Positions 17,349 to 26,691 of a DNA stretch of 32,000 nucleotides are shown one piece after another; position 1 is the stretch's first letter, and the number at the start of each line of letters is the position of its first letter. Where the stretch lies: NCBI RefSeq assembly GCF_000012805.1, contig NC_007484.1:1020001-1052000 (forward strand), written 5' to 3'. The notes under the pieces are model-generated. The model saw only the letters and a program-made list of their open reading frames with translations, ran no database searches and had not been told where the DNA came from. This DNA is from Nitrosococcus oceani ATCC 19707 (GTDB lineage Bacteria; Pseudomonadota; Gammaproteobacteria; Nitrosococcales; Nitrosococcaceae). The position numbers were made by a program, and so were the translations under genes.

Positions 17349-18005
17349 ATGGAGCAGGGAATGGAAGGGAGAAGATTGTCGCAGCTTGACCGTGTCATCA
17401 TTAATTTTGACGATGCTTTACGTACGGTTTTTGGGCAACCTCGGACAACCGAAAGGGCTAGTCCTGCCTCTGGCATTGCAGAAGGAGCATTAAGTGAGAA
17501 AGAACGGAGGCTTTCAGGATGCCTGATGCGGGTCAATCACGCGGGGGAAGTGGCCGCTCAAGCTTTATATCAAGGACAGGCATTAACTGCACGCCTTACC
17601 GAGATTCGAAAGGCTATGGAGAATGCCGCCCGGGAAGAGAACGAGCACCTCGTTTGGTGTCAGCAGCGAGTACAAGAGCTTGGGGCCCATACCAGTTACC
17701 TCGGCCCTTTTTGGTATGGTGGATCTTTTGTCATCGGCGCCTTGGCGGGGATGGCGGGAGACAAGTGGAGTTTAGGCTTTGTGGCCGAGACGGAACATCA
17801 AGTTGTTAAGCACATAGAGCGGCACTTAGATCGTATTTCCGCTCAAGATGCCCCAAGCCGGGCTATCTTAGAGCAAATGAAAGAGGATGAAGCCCGGCAT
17901 GCTACAGTGGCTTTAGAAGCCGGTGGAGTGGAGTTACCTTCTTCCATTAAGGCCTTGATGGGGGCCGCATCGAAAGTGATGACCCGAACGGCGTATTGGA
18001 TATAG
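17349..18005 (+). CDS. coq7: Demethoxyubiquinone hydroxylase Coq7 (di-iron carboxylate)
   Basis: The sequence DRVIINFDDALRTVFG, RVNHAGEVAAQALYQGQ and the di-iron ExxH motifs (EENEHL, EDEARH) identify Coq7. The ATG at 17361 has a better GGAG spacing and may be the true start. Confidence 0.88.
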   Translation: MEQGMEGRRLSQLDRVIINFDDALRTVFGQPRTTERASPASGIAEGALSEKERRLSGCLMRVNHAGEVAAQALYQGQALTARLTEIRKAMENAAREENEHLVWCQQRVQELGAHTSYLGPFWYGGSFVIGALAGMAGDKWSLGFVAETEHQVVKHIERHLDRISAQDAPSRAILEQMKEDEARHATVALEAGGVELPSSIKALMGAASKVMTRTAYWI

Positions 18006-18058
18006 CCTTTCTAACCATTATTTAAGAGTAGCTAATATCAATATAGGAGCAAGAAGCT

Positions 18059-18988
18059 ATGGCCGATTTTAAACGTGGCGATTCTAATTACGTACGGTCC
18101 GCCTATAGGCGGCCAGGTTCTGAACGGCCCGAATATGGGCGTTCTAAAAATCGTGGGCAGATTTGGTCTGTCATCATCGTGCTTTTGCTGATCGTCGTGT
18201 TAGCGGGAGGCGCGGTATGGATGTATCTCAATGGTAAAGGCGAAGAAGAAGCCGTGGCAAGCAAAGAATCGGAAGTTGCTAGCCCGCAAATGGCTGAGTC
18301 AAACACCACCGAGTTGGAACCTTCCCAGCAAGGAGGCACTGAAGAAGAATTTGCATCTACAGCTCCCAGTGAAGAAGATGAGTTTGCATCCTCAACTCCC
18401 AGCGAGGAAGAAGATGAGTTTGCTTCGATTTTAGAGGAATTAGGGGTAGGGAGTGAACCTAACGAAGAAGAAGCTTCCACTCCCAGTACAGTAGAGCCGC
18501 AAGCAGAGGGATCAGCCGTTGAAGGTAATACTGTAATAGGGACTGCGCCGGAGGAGCCTCAGTTCTTCGATGAAGAAGAAGATCAATTTTCTACCGAGGA
18601 ATTTACCATACCTGAACAAGAGCAACCAGAAGAAGCGGTTGGAGAACAAGCTGAGCAAGCTACTGGGCAGTTTAGAGGAACTGAGCGGCAAGTAGAGGAG
18701 ACCCAAAAGAGGGGAGAAGCTAATAATAAGATGAAGGAAGCGGAGGAGGAAGATTTTGCTGCGGTAACTCCATCATTTGAAGAAGCTCCAACCAGATCCC
18801 AGGCTGAAGGATCATTTCCACAGACGGTAACTGTTCAGTCAGGCGATTCTCTTTCCGTTATCGCTGACCGTGTTTACGGTGATGCGGGTAAGTGGCGTTT
18901 AATTTATGAAGCTAACCAGGATCAATTGGAAAATCCTGACCAATTGTTGGTAGGGATGAAGTTAACCGTTCCTGATCCAAATGATTAA
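18059..18988 (+). CDS. LysM domain protein with N-terminal membrane anchor and acidic repeat region
   Basis: An AGGAG Shine-Dalgarno lies upstream. The protein has a TM helix (IWSVIIVLLLIVVLAGGAVWMYL) and a Glu-rich region with repeats of EE(D)EFAS(S)TPS. The C-terminal LysM domain is VTVQSGDSLSVIADRVYGDAGKWRLIYEANQDQLENPDQLLVGMKLTVP. Confidence 0.8.
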   Translation: MADFKRGDSNYVRSAYRRPGSERPEYGRSKNRGQIWSVIIVLLLIVVLAGGAVWMYLNGKGEEEAVASKESEVASPQMAESNTTELEPSQQGGTEEEFASTAPSEEDEFASSTPSEEEDEFASILEELGVGSEPNEEEASTPSTVEPQAEGSAVEGNTVIGTAPEEPQFFDEEEDQFSTEEFTIPEQEQPEEAVGEQAEQATGQFRGTERQVEETQKRGEANNKMKEAEEEDFAAVTPSFEEAPTRSQAEGSFPQTVTVQSGDSLSVIADRVYGDAGKWRLIYEANQDQLENPDQLLVGMKLTVPDPND

Positions 18989-19013
18989 TTACATATTTGG
19001 TAAAGGTTAGCTA

Positions 19014-19054
19014 AAAAAGAAGGGCGAATCGCTAGCGATTCGCCCTTCTTTTAT
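19014..19054. terminator. Bidirectional rho-independent terminator between convergent LysM gene and ccmI
   Basis: A perfect 16-nt inverted repeat, aagaagggcgaatcgc / gcgattcgcccttctt, separated by 2 nt (ta). The central ctag is itself self-complementary, so the folded hairpin would have about a 14-bp stem and a 4-nt loop. It is flanked by an A-run (aaaaaa) on the 5' side and ttttatt on the 3' side. Confidence 0.8.
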
Positions 19055-19072
19055 TGTACAGAGTTTTTGCTT

Positions 19073-20356
19073 TTAAGGTACGCGCTGGTTAATGACCACC
19101 GATACCGGTTTGGAAGAGGTAGCTGGAATAATACCTTCCGCAAATCCTTCGAAATCACCACTTTGAGGTACCGGATTGCCTGACCAAGAAACTCGGGCCC
19201 CGACTTGAAACTCGCTAAAATTCGACATCTTCATGCTCGGCATCATCGCCATGGAGTCATTTAATACCACTGTAAGAGGTAGATCTTTAACCTGGTGCCG
19301 GGCAGCGGCTAAGGGCATGGGAGGACCTTTAGCTGCACGGGCGAAAACGAAGACGGTAGAGCTTTCAGAGACCTCACCCTGCAGGGCAGGATCAAGCGCT
19401 ACTTTCACCTCGATGCGAGGGGCTGGCGTATCCCCTTCTTCCGTGTTGGTAGTGGTTGCCGGGGCTCGCGCTTCGGTAGTAACGCGAGCCTCCGTTGTTG
19501 CTCCACCAGCTGCCATTTCTGGTGCTAATTGCGCTAAATGGGCGCGCACCATACGTTCTTCCTCGCTACCTGGTGGGAGCTGAGAAGCCAGTCGTTGGAG
19601 GTAGGATTTTGCTTCTTCGTCCTGGTTTGTTTGAAGCGCGTTTACCGCTGCCAACCACAATGCTTTGGGATGCTGGGGGGCGAGTTCAAGCGCACGATGT
19701 ACCAGCTTCAAAGGCGCTCCCTGCAGGCGCCGTCCTTGGCTTGCGGCGAGGGCTTCCGCATAATCTAAAATGACATCGGGATTTTGGTCATCTAAAGTAT
19801 AGGCACGGCCTAATGCTTCGGAAGCTTTCGCAAATTCATTGGTAGCCAAATAGGTGCGTCCTAACAATTGCCATCCTCTGACATCTTCGGGGTGTTCCGC
19901 AAGCCGTGCTTTAAGTCCCTCCATGGCGTGACGCATGGTATCCATTTCTTGCTGAGAACCTTCTTCCATGGCCAAAAAACGCGCAACTTGATCGCTTGCT
20001 CCAAGTTGTTGATAGGCCACGAAGGCGAGTGAAGGCGTGAGTAAGAGCAGAAAGAGCGCAGTGATCCAATGCCGCTTTGGTTTGAGTTCAGTAGAAGGTG
20101 TGCTGCCCGTAGCAAGATCGGCAGCCATAGCTTCTTCTAGCTCGCGCCGGGCTAGGGCAAATTGTTCCTCGTTTAGAGTACCATTGCGAAGCTCCGCACG
20201 TAGTTCCCGCAGTCGTTCACGGTAAATCGCGATCTCCGCCGTCGTTTCATCAAGAACCTGTTGATTATGGCGGCGTAATAAGGGGGGGAGCAAAAAACTG
20301 AGTGCAAGAAGCACCATTATTCCTGCAGCTATCCAAAATATTGACAAGGAAGTCAT
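19073..20356 (-). CDS. ccmI: Cytochrome c-type biogenesis protein CcmI (CycH), TPR-containing
   Basis: A 427-aa ORF whose start overlaps the ccmH stop by 4 nt. It has an N-terminal TM helix, a second TM helix, TPR-like repeats (LGRTYLATNEFAKASEALGRAY) and the usual position at the end of the ccm cluster. Confidence 0.85.
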   Translation of the reverse strand: MTSLSIFWIAAGIMVLLALSFLLPPLLRRHNQQVLDETTAEIAIYRERLRELRAELRNGTLNEEQFALARRELEEAMAADLATGSTPSTELKPKRHWITALFLLLLTPSLAFVAYQQLGASDQVARFLAMEEGSQQEMDTMRHAMEGLKARLAEHPEDVRGWQLLGRTYLATNEFAKASEALGRAYTLDDQNPDVILDYAEALAASQGRRLQGAPLKLVHRALELAPQHPKALWLAAVNALQTNQDEEAKSYLQRLASQLPPGSEEERMVRAHLAQLAPEMAAGGATTEARVTTEARAPATTTNTEEGDTPAPRIEVKVALDPALQGEVSESSTVFVFARAAKGPPMPLAAARHQVKDLPLTVVLNDSMAMMPSMKMSNFSEFQVGARVSWSGNPVPQSGDFEGFAEGIIPATSSKPVSVVINQRVP

Positions 20357-20814
20357 GAGTTCTCTTCCTCCAGTAGTTTAGCCATACGGCGATGTTCCGC
20401 TTCAGAAAGGGTAGGGGTCAAGGTTTGGTGGCGTCTTCGCATGGCAACGATGAATACCCCGAATCCCAATAATAAAAGTAATACAGGCCCGAACCAAAGC
20501 AAATAGGTGGTAGGCTGCATCGGTGGTCGGTAAAGGACAAAATCCCCATAACGCTGTACCAGAAAATCAACGATTTCCTCATTGCTGGCGCCCTGTTGCA
20601 TCTTTTGATAAATTTCGCGCCGCAAATCGCCCGCTAGATCGGCATGGGAATCGGCAAGGGATTGGTTTTGGCAGACTAAACACCGCAGTTCTTCAGCCAG
20701 TTGCTGGAATCTGGCTTCTTGACTTGGGTCGTCAAACTTGAAAATGGCAGGATCGGCGGCAAAGACCACCTGTGGTCCCGCCAAGATAACCATCAATAGT
20801 AATGTCCGGATCAT
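20353..20814 (-). CDS. ccmH: Cytochrome c-type biogenesis protein CcmH (CcmL/CycL)
   Basis: A signal peptide followed by the LRCLVCQNQSLADSHADLAGDLRREI motif (the CXXC of CcmH), then a C-terminal TM helix. Confidence 0.9.
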   Translation of the reverse strand: MIRTLLLMVILAGPQVVFAADPAIFKFDDPSQEARFQQLAEELRCLVCQNQSLADSHADLAGDLRREIYQKMQQGASNEEIVDFLVQRYGDFVLYRPPMQPTTYLLWFGPVLLLLLGFGVFIVAMRRRHQTLTPTLSEAEHRRMAKLLEEENS

Positions 20815-20815
20815 T

Positions 20816-21349
20816 TTAACCCCCTTGAGTTTCGAATGACCGAATTAGAGGGAGCAGCTTATCTTCTACAACCTTCCAGGTTAAGGGACCAATCTGCTTA
20901 TAACGAATAACGCCTTCGGGATCGAGGAGAAAGGACTCAGGGACCCCATAAACGCCCCACTCGATGCCCACCTGCCCATCAGTATCGACGGCAATGGCTG
21001 CATAAGGGTCGCCAAGATTAGCTAGCCATTGTAATGCAGCTCCTCGTTCATCTTTGTAGTTGAGGCCAATGATGGGCAACCGGGTTTCTCTCGCTAACCG
21101 CATGAGAACTTCATGTTCTGCCCGGCAGGCAACGCACCAACTGGCCCATACATTGATCAAAGCTGGTTTACCAAGGAGGTCGCTGCGGTAGATTTCTTTG
21201 CTAGGCGTTCTGAGCTGGGAAACCCCCAGCTCCGGAGCTGGTTTATCAATAAACGGCGATGGCACTTGCCGGGGATCCCGCTGTAGGCCAACAGCAAAGA
21301 ACAGGACCAGAGCTGTAAAAATAATTAAGGGAATAGTATAGCGCAACAT
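20816..21349 (-). CDS. ccmG: Thiol:disulfide interchange protein CcmG/DsbE
   Basis: A 177-aa membrane-anchored thioredoxin fold with active site WASWCVACRAEH and GVYGVPESFLLD. Confidence 0.9.
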   Translation of the reverse strand: MLRYTIPLIIFTALVLFFAVGLQRDPRQVPSPFIDKPAPELGVSQLRTPSKEIYRSDLLGKPALINVWASWCVACRAEHEVLMRLARETRLPIIGLNYKDERGAALQWLANLGDPYAAIAVDTDGQVGIEWGVYGVPESFLLDPEGVIRYKQIGPLTWKVVEDKLLPLIRSFETQGG

Positions 21350-23334
21350 TAGATTTCAGCCGCAGCCTCAGGTTTGGGAGGGTTAAGCTTGAAGCGCATT
21401 TTTTGTACGCTCACCCGGTAACGTCGATCACTGGCGGCAACTGCGCCGCCTAGGGCCATCAATAATCCACCCAGCCAAATCCAGCGTACAAAAGGCTTAA
21501 ATTGAATGCGTAGACTCCAAGTATTACTGCCAAGAGATTCTCCCAAGGCAACGAATAGATCCCGGAATAACCCTGCATCAATACCCGCTTCCGTCATGGG
21601 AGAAGTTTGTACTAGGTAAATGCGTTTTTGGGGGTGGAGGGTCGTGATCAAATCTTCACCCTTGAAGACCGATATAGTTCCCTCAATAGCCCGATAGTTG
21701 GGACCATCAACCTCATGAATTTTATCTAGGCGGAACTCATAGGCGCCTAATTCCGCTGTCTCGCCAACGGTAACGCCCACATCCCGGTCCTGTCCATAGA
21801 TAGTGGTTAAAGTGACGCCGACAATAGCGACTGCAAAGCCGGTATGGGCCAAGGACATGCCTATAAAGCTCCGCGATAAGGAACGTGCTCCTGCTACAAT
21901 TCCCCCCCGGTTTCTGAGTCGATTCCAGAGGCCAAGAAGAGTTGTTAGGGCAACCCAGATAGCGACGGTCAGCCCGGCGGCTGCGCTGAAAATATCTCCT
22001 TTATCAACGATATAGGGAACTAGAATTCCAATTGTTAAGCTAATGGCAAAGATAAAACCTAATTTTTTGACGAGTTCCCCTAAGCTTTGCTGCTTCCAGC
22101 GGGATAGGGGGCCAGCTCCTAGCAAGAAAGCTAGGATGACCATTAAAGGCACAAATACGGTATCAAAATAGGGTGGTCCTACCGAGATTTTACCTAACCC
22201 TAATCCTTCGAGAACCAGTGGATAAAGAGTACCTAACAACACACTGCCTGCAGCGACTATGAGTACGACATTGTTCGCCAATAGAAGCCCTTCGCGGGAA
22301 AGAAGATGAAAACGGCCTGTATCCTGTACTTGCGGCACCCGCACGGCATAGAGAAGGAGTGATCCGCCTACGGCAAGTCCTAGCAATATCAGGATAAAAA
22401 CACCCCGCGTAGGATCCGTTGCAAAGGCATGCACGGAGGTGAGTACCCCGGAGCGCACTATAAAGGTTCCAAGCAGGCTGAGGGAGAAAGTAAAAATGGC
22501 GAGCAGTACTGTCCAGCGCTTGAAGGCATCCCGTTTTTCAGTCACGGCAAGGGAATGAATTAGCGCGGTACCCACAAGCCACGGCATAAAGGAAGCATTT
22601 TCAACCGGATCCCAGAACCACCAGCCGCCCCAGCCGAGTTCGTAGTAGGCCCACCAGCTCCCTAAGGTAATCCCAATAGATAAAAATAACCACGCAACTA
22701 CCGTCCAGGGTCTAGACCACCGCGCCCAGGCTGCATCTAGGCGTTTGCCGATAAGCGCCGCAATGGCAAAGCTAAAGGCCACGGAAAAGCCCACATAACC
22801 CATATAGAGCATGGGGGGGTGCATCACTAGGCCGGGGTCTTGCAATAAAGGATTGAGATCTTGTCCGTCTAAGGGGGCGGGGAAAAGACGTAAAAATGGA
22901 TTAGAGGTTAGGAGCATAAATAACAGAAAGCCCACATTAACCATGCCCATGACGGCTAGCACACGGGCCACATAGGCTAATGGTATGCTACGGCTAAATA
23001 AGGCCACAGCTACTGTCCACAGGCCTAGAGTTAGGCTCCACAGTAATAGTGATCCTTCGTGGGACCCCCAGATGGCGGCAAAACGATAGGCTGGTGGTAG
23101 CGCGGAATTAGAATTATTGGCTACATAGGCTACGGAAAAATCATTATTGAGAAAGCTGATAGCCAGGCAGGTGAAGGCAACGATTAGGAAGAAACACTGA
23201 CCGTAAGCGGCAGTTCGTGCTACATTCATCCAGCCTATGATTCCACGCTGAGCGCCAATAAGAGGCAATATTGCCTGGGAGAAGGCTAGGGTGAGGGCTA
23301 AAATCAGTGCGAGTTGTCCAAGTTCTGGAGTCAT
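21349..23334 (-). CDS. ccmF: Cytochrome c heme lyase subunit CcmF
   Basis: A 661-aa polytopic protein with the WWD motif GWGGWWFWDPVENASFMPWL and conserved His residues, in the canonical cluster position. Confidence 0.95.
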   Translation of the reverse strand: MTPELGQLALILALTLAFSQAILPLIGAQRGIIGWMNVARTAAYGQCFFLIVAFTCLAISFLNNDFSVAYVANNSNSALPPAYRFAAIWGSHEGSLLLWSLTLGLWTVAVALFSRSIPLAYVARVLAVMGMVNVGFLLFMLLTSNPFLRLFPAPLDGQDLNPLLQDPGLVMHPPMLYMGYVGFSVAFSFAIAALIGKRLDAAWARWSRPWTVVAWLFLSIGITLGSWWAYYELGWGGWWFWDPVENASFMPWLVGTALIHSLAVTEKRDAFKRWTVLLAIFTFSLSLLGTFIVRSGVLTSVHAFATDPTRGVFILILLGLAVGGSLLLYAVRVPQVQDTGRFHLLSREGLLLANNVVLIVAAGSVLLGTLYPLVLEGLGLGKISVGPPYFDTVFVPLMVILAFLLGAGPLSRWKQQSLGELVKKLGFIFAISLTIGILVPYIVDKGDIFSAAAGLTVAIWVALTTLLGLWNRLRNRGGIVAGARSLSRSFIGMSLAHTGFAVAIVGVTLTTIYGQDRDVGVTVGETAELGAYEFRLDKIHEVDGPNYRAIEGTISVFKGEDLITTLHPQKRIYLVQTSPMTEAGIDAGLFRDLFVALGESLGSNTWSLRIQFKPFVRWIWLGGLLMALGGAVAASDRRYRVSVQKMRFKLNPPKPEAAAEI

Positions 23335-23774
23335 AGCTTATCCTCGGTATTAGCTTTTGTTTTGGCAAGCGAGTCGGCGACCTCGGGTGGCATATATTCT
23401 TCGTCGTGTTTTGCTAACACTTCGCTAGCTTCAAACACCTTGTTGGGTCCTAGCTTACCCATGGCAACGATCCCTTGTCCCTCGCGAAATAAATCAGGGA
23501 GGAGACCGCTATAGACCACGGTTACTGTCTGCGCCATATCGGTGAGGTCAAATTGTACATCTAGATTGCCGCTTTCTCGCTTTACACTGCCATTAACCAC
23601 CACTCCTCCGACTCTAATGCTAGTGTCCGTAGGCACTTCTCCAGCCATGATTTGAGTTGGGTTGTAAAAAAAGAGAATGTTTTCTTGAAAGGCTTTTAGC
23701 CCTAGTCCAGTGGCAATGGAAACCCCTATAACTACCAGTATTACCATCGCAAACCGCCTTTGACGCACAGTCAT
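23331..23774 (-). CDS. ccmE: Heme chaperone CcmE
   Basis: A 147-aa ORF with an N-terminal anchor and an OB fold. The heme-binding region is LAKHDEEYMPPEV. Confidence 0.93.
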   Translation of the reverse strand: MTVRQRRFAMVILVVIGVSIATGLGLKAFQENILFFYNPTQIMAGEVPTDTSIRVGGVVVNGSVKRESGNLDVQFDLTDMAQTVTVVYSGLLPDLFREGQGIVAMGKLGPNKVFEASEVLAKHDEEYMPPEVADSLAKTKANTEDKL

Positions 23775-23929
23775 AACTTATCCTCTCGCTGTAGCTGACG
23801 GGTTATTCGGCGCTGCCGAAGTCGGGCATGTATTATATTGCCCACTAATACGACGGCGGCAATTCCATAGGCTGTCCATACGTAAAGGGCATATCCGCCC
23901 ATATGGAAAAATTCCTGCAATGTATTCAT
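23771..23929 (-). CDS. ccmD: Heme exporter protein CcmD (52 aa; below ORF-track cutoff)
   Basis: Hand translation gives MNTLQEFFHMGGYALYVWTAYGIAAVVLVGNIIHARLRQRRITRQLQREDKL. The EFFxMGGYAxYVW motif matches E. coli CcmD (EFFAMGGYAFFVW). The stop overlaps the ccmE ATG (ATGA). Confidence 0.78.
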   Translation of the reverse strand: MNTLQEFFHMGGYALYVWTAYGIAAVVLVGNIIHARLRQRRITRQLQREDKL

Positions 23930-24161
23930 AACTCAGGAGAAAATTTCAAGGTGGTGATTAAAAATATGTTTAGGTACTATCTCATTTGATAGCCGGTTAG
24001 CGAGTTCTCCGGCTATTATAAAATCTAGTTACGAGGGCTAAAGCACAGCTTAATCCCTATTTCTACAACAGTTTAAGGAAAACCTGCCCGAAGAATGGAC
24101 TCTAGAACAGTCCACTAGTTCATTATTCATTGGTTCGCTAGCAAGATTTAAACAATAGAAG

Positions 24162-24914
24162 TTAAGAAGAACTTAGCACCTGTTTGACCCAACCATTATT
24201 ACGCTCTCGTTCTAGGAGTTCTGAGCGGGTCCGGAGCAGGAGTAAAGTTATATAGTAAGTTGTGAAGGCCGTTGCCATAATGAGCAATGGAATTAGCATG
24301 CTCCAGTGAATAGACGGAGCGTCAAATTTAGTGACTGTAGGGCCTTGATGCAAGGTATTCCACCACTCTACTGAATAGTGAATAATGGGTAAGTCGACTA
24401 CGCCCACCAAGGCAAGGATAGCCGCTGCCCGGGCAGCTTGCCGGGGGTCTTCGATAGCCGACTGCAAGGCCATGTAACCTAGATACAGGAATAACAGAAT
24501 TAGCTCTGAGGTCAGACGTGCATCCCATACCCACCAGGTTCCCCACATGGGTTTCCCCCAAAGCGAACCCGTGATTAACGCTAATAAGGTAAAAGAGGCG
24601 CCCAATGGAGCGCTGGCACTGCCAATGACCTCTGCAACTTTGACTCGCCAGATTAGGGCAATAGCACCTGCCGAAGCCATGACGACGTAGATGAACAAGG
24701 ACATCCAGGCGCTGGGGACATGGATAAATATAATTCGGTAGCTGTCGCCTTGTTGGTAATCCGCCGGGGCGACGACTAACCCCCAATAAAGTCCTACGAT
24801 CATCAAGATTGCAGTAATGCTCGCTAGCCATGGAAGTAGGCGGCCAGACCAGATATAAAAATATTTTGGAGAGGCTAAATGTTGGTATCGATGGTGGAAT
24901 GGTAGATAATGCAT
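24162..24914 (-). CDS. ccmC: Heme exporter protein CcmC
   Basis: A 250-aa polytopic protein with the WWD motif WGKPMWGTWWVWDARLTSELIL. Confidence 0.93.
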   Translation of the reverse strand: MHYLPFHHRYQHLASPKYFYIWSGRLLPWLASITAILMIVGLYWGLVVAPADYQQGDSYRIIFIHVPSAWMSLFIYVVMASAGAIALIWRVKVAEVIGSASAPLGASFTLLALITGSLWGKPMWGTWWVWDARLTSELILLFLYLGYMALQSAIEDPRQAARAAAILALVGVVDLPIIHYSVEWWNTLHQGPTVTKFDAPSIHWSMLIPLLIMATAFTTYYITLLLLRTRSELLERERNNGWVKQVLSSS

Positions 24915-24918
24915 CAGT

Positions 24919-25623
24919 TTAACTCATTCGGATACATAAGGCGGCCGAGGTGGCGATGGGCGCCAAGGTTGCGGCCAATACTAATAAGGCGCCAAGGAGA
25001 TAAAGCTGCCCATCGGCAGGCAGGCCCTGGGCGGCTGTCTCTACAGCGCCAGCGCTGAAGATCAAGATAGGGACATAAAGGGGGAGTAATAGTAGGGTAA
25101 GCAGTAAGCCACCCCGCCTTAACCCTACGGTTAAGGCCACCCCCACTGCTCCCACTAAACTGAGGGCAGGCGTACCCACTAGGAGAGTTATCAACAAGAT
25201 AACCAGAGGCCAACCCGAAATGCCAAATATTAACCCCAAAAGGGGGGCGAGCAAAATCAATGGCAGCCCGGTAGCCAGCCAGTGCGCAAAGATTTTGGCA
25301 AGTACCAGTATAGGCAAGGGATGGGGACTTAGAATAAGTTGCTCCAGGCTGCCGTCATCAAAATCTGAACGGAACATGGCTTCCAAAGAAAGCAAGGTGG
25401 CAAGCAAGGCTGCAATCCAGATGATACCGGGTGCAATTTGTCGTAGTACTCCACTCTCCGGTCCGATACCGAGCGGGAAAATGCTGGCTACCATGAGAAA
25501 AAAGAGGAGTGGATTGGCGGCATCGCTGCGGTGTCTGAGCACTAATAAGAGATCACGTTTGGTGAGCCACCAGCAGGCATGAGAGAGGGTAGATGCATTC
25601 ATCGGTAGGGCTAAACTGGTCAT
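24919..25623 (-). CDS. ccmB: Heme exporter permease CcmB
   Basis: A 234-aa six-helix hydrophobic protein lying between ccmA and ccmC. It contains the CcmB-like segments FPLGIGPE and FSAGAVE. Confidence 0.9.
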   Translation of the reverse strand: MTSLALPMNASTLSHACWWLTKRDLLLVLRHRSDAANPLLFFLMVASIFPLGIGPESGVLRQIAPGIIWIAALLATLLSLEAMFRSDFDDGSLEQLILSPHPLPILVLAKIFAHWLATGLPLILLAPLLGLIFGISGWPLVILLITLLVGTPALSLVGAVGVALTVGLRRGGLLLTLLLLPLYVPILIFSAGAVETAAQGLPADGQLYLLGALLVLAATLAPIATSAALCIRMS

Positions 25624-25631
25624 AAAGGTGT

Positions 25632-26282
25632 CTAGGCAGAAATTTCTAAGGTTCGAGCATGGGCGATATTGATGGCGTGATGACTGGTAAAAATCGCTAT
25701 TCCTCCCGCAGCAGCATGTTCCTCTAGTAGAGTAGCGATGGTTCGTATGGCCACTTTATCTAGAGCGGTAAAAGGCTCATCCAGAAGCCACAACCATGCC
25801 CGGTTGACTAATAGGCGGGCCAGCGCTAAGCGGCGGCGTTGTCCCGCTGAGAGGAATCGGCCGGGGAGTTCCCGTATTGTAGTTAAACCGACGCGTTCTA
25901 GCGCCTGTTCCGGATCTATGCCCCCTCCGTTAAGTGCTCCTGCTATCATAAGATTTTCGTGGGCAGTTAGCTCTCCCTTAATGGCATCGGTATGGCCCAC
26001 ATAGGAAAGTTCGCTGTGGTACAGGGGTCTTATTTTATTGATCGGTTGCCCGCGCCACTGGAGTGTACCTTCTTCAGGTAATAGCAACCCGCACAACAGG
26101 CGTAGCAAGGTAGTCTTGCCTGAGCCATTGTGGCCAGAAACTTCAAGCACTTCTCCCATGTCAACGGTGAAATTCATGTTCTTAAAGAGTAATCGTTCAC
26201 CACGGCGGCCAGCGAGTCCCTCCACTTGTAGTCGTGGTTGTGCTTGGTCCAGCATCGTCTGTTTCTTGTTATCCTTGCCCAT
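25632..26282 (-). CDS. ccmA: Cytochrome c biogenesis ATP-binding export protein CcmA
   Basis: Walker A GHNGSGKTT, signature LSAGQRRR and Walker B WLLDEPFTALD. It is the first gene of the cluster. An alternative start at M10 (26255) is possible. Confidence 0.9.
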   Translation of the reverse strand: MGKDNKKQTMLDQAQPRLQVEGLAGRRGERLLFKNMNFTVDMGEVLEVSGHNGSGKTTLLRLLCGLLLPEEGTLQWRGQPINKIRPLYHSELSYVGHTDAIKGELTAHENLMIAGALNGGGIDPEQALERVGLTTIRELPGRFLSAGQRRRLALARLLVNRAWLWLLDEPFTALDKVAIRTIATLLEEHAAAGGIAIFTSHHAINIAHARTLEISA

Positions 26283-26691
26283 ATTTAGGCTTTTTTTCCT
26301 TTACTGTGGTCTGCTCAACAGAGCATAATAACATGATTCAATTATACCAGTTTACCATTACTTAGTAGCCATGAGCTTGGGATCATAATAACTTATGAAA
26401 GGCAGTTCTTTGGGGCTAAATATCGTCAGACCCATTAAGTATGCTACACTACCAAGCTCATATCTGTGCAGTTTTGCCTTCCTCTGCTCCGTTATCCAAT
26501 AGCCATGTTTCATTGGCTAGCCTGCTATTTATAAAGTGGGTATAAATGATAATTTAGTTCTGCCAAACAAATATCATAAATTATCATGCCCAAGCAATTC
26601 GTCAGAGGCGGGTAACCCATGTTTAAATATCATATCCTATCTTAAATATAGGGACCCAATCACCTTACATTGAGCAAGAAACCGTGGTTTT

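Noticed and set aside
18103-18706. ORFs antisense to or out of frame with the LysM gene (18103..18480 -, 18231..18434 +, 18512..18706 -).
   Set aside because: They are products of the GAA/GAG-rich repeat region read in other frames (Ser/Leu/Phe-rich), so they are shadow ORFs.
19440-19500. The short TTEAR(V/A) duplication in the CcmI C-terminal linker.
   Set aside because: It is only two imperfect copies in a low-complexity Thr/Ala/Pro linker, which is unremarkable.
19233-20225. Plus-strand ORFs inside ccmI (19233..19583, 19495..19773, 19538..19768, 20037..20225) and the minus-strand out-of-frame ORF at 19861..20115.
   Set aside because: They overlap the ccmI frame, which has cluster context and TPR/TM features. 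None has an independent motif.
24328-25582. ORFs 24328..24831(-), 24914..25213(-) and 25220..25582(+), which overlap ccmC and ccmB.
   Set aside because: They are alternative frames or antisense to genes with clear CcmC and CcmB motifs. Their products are Arg/Gly/Pro-rich with no family resemblance.
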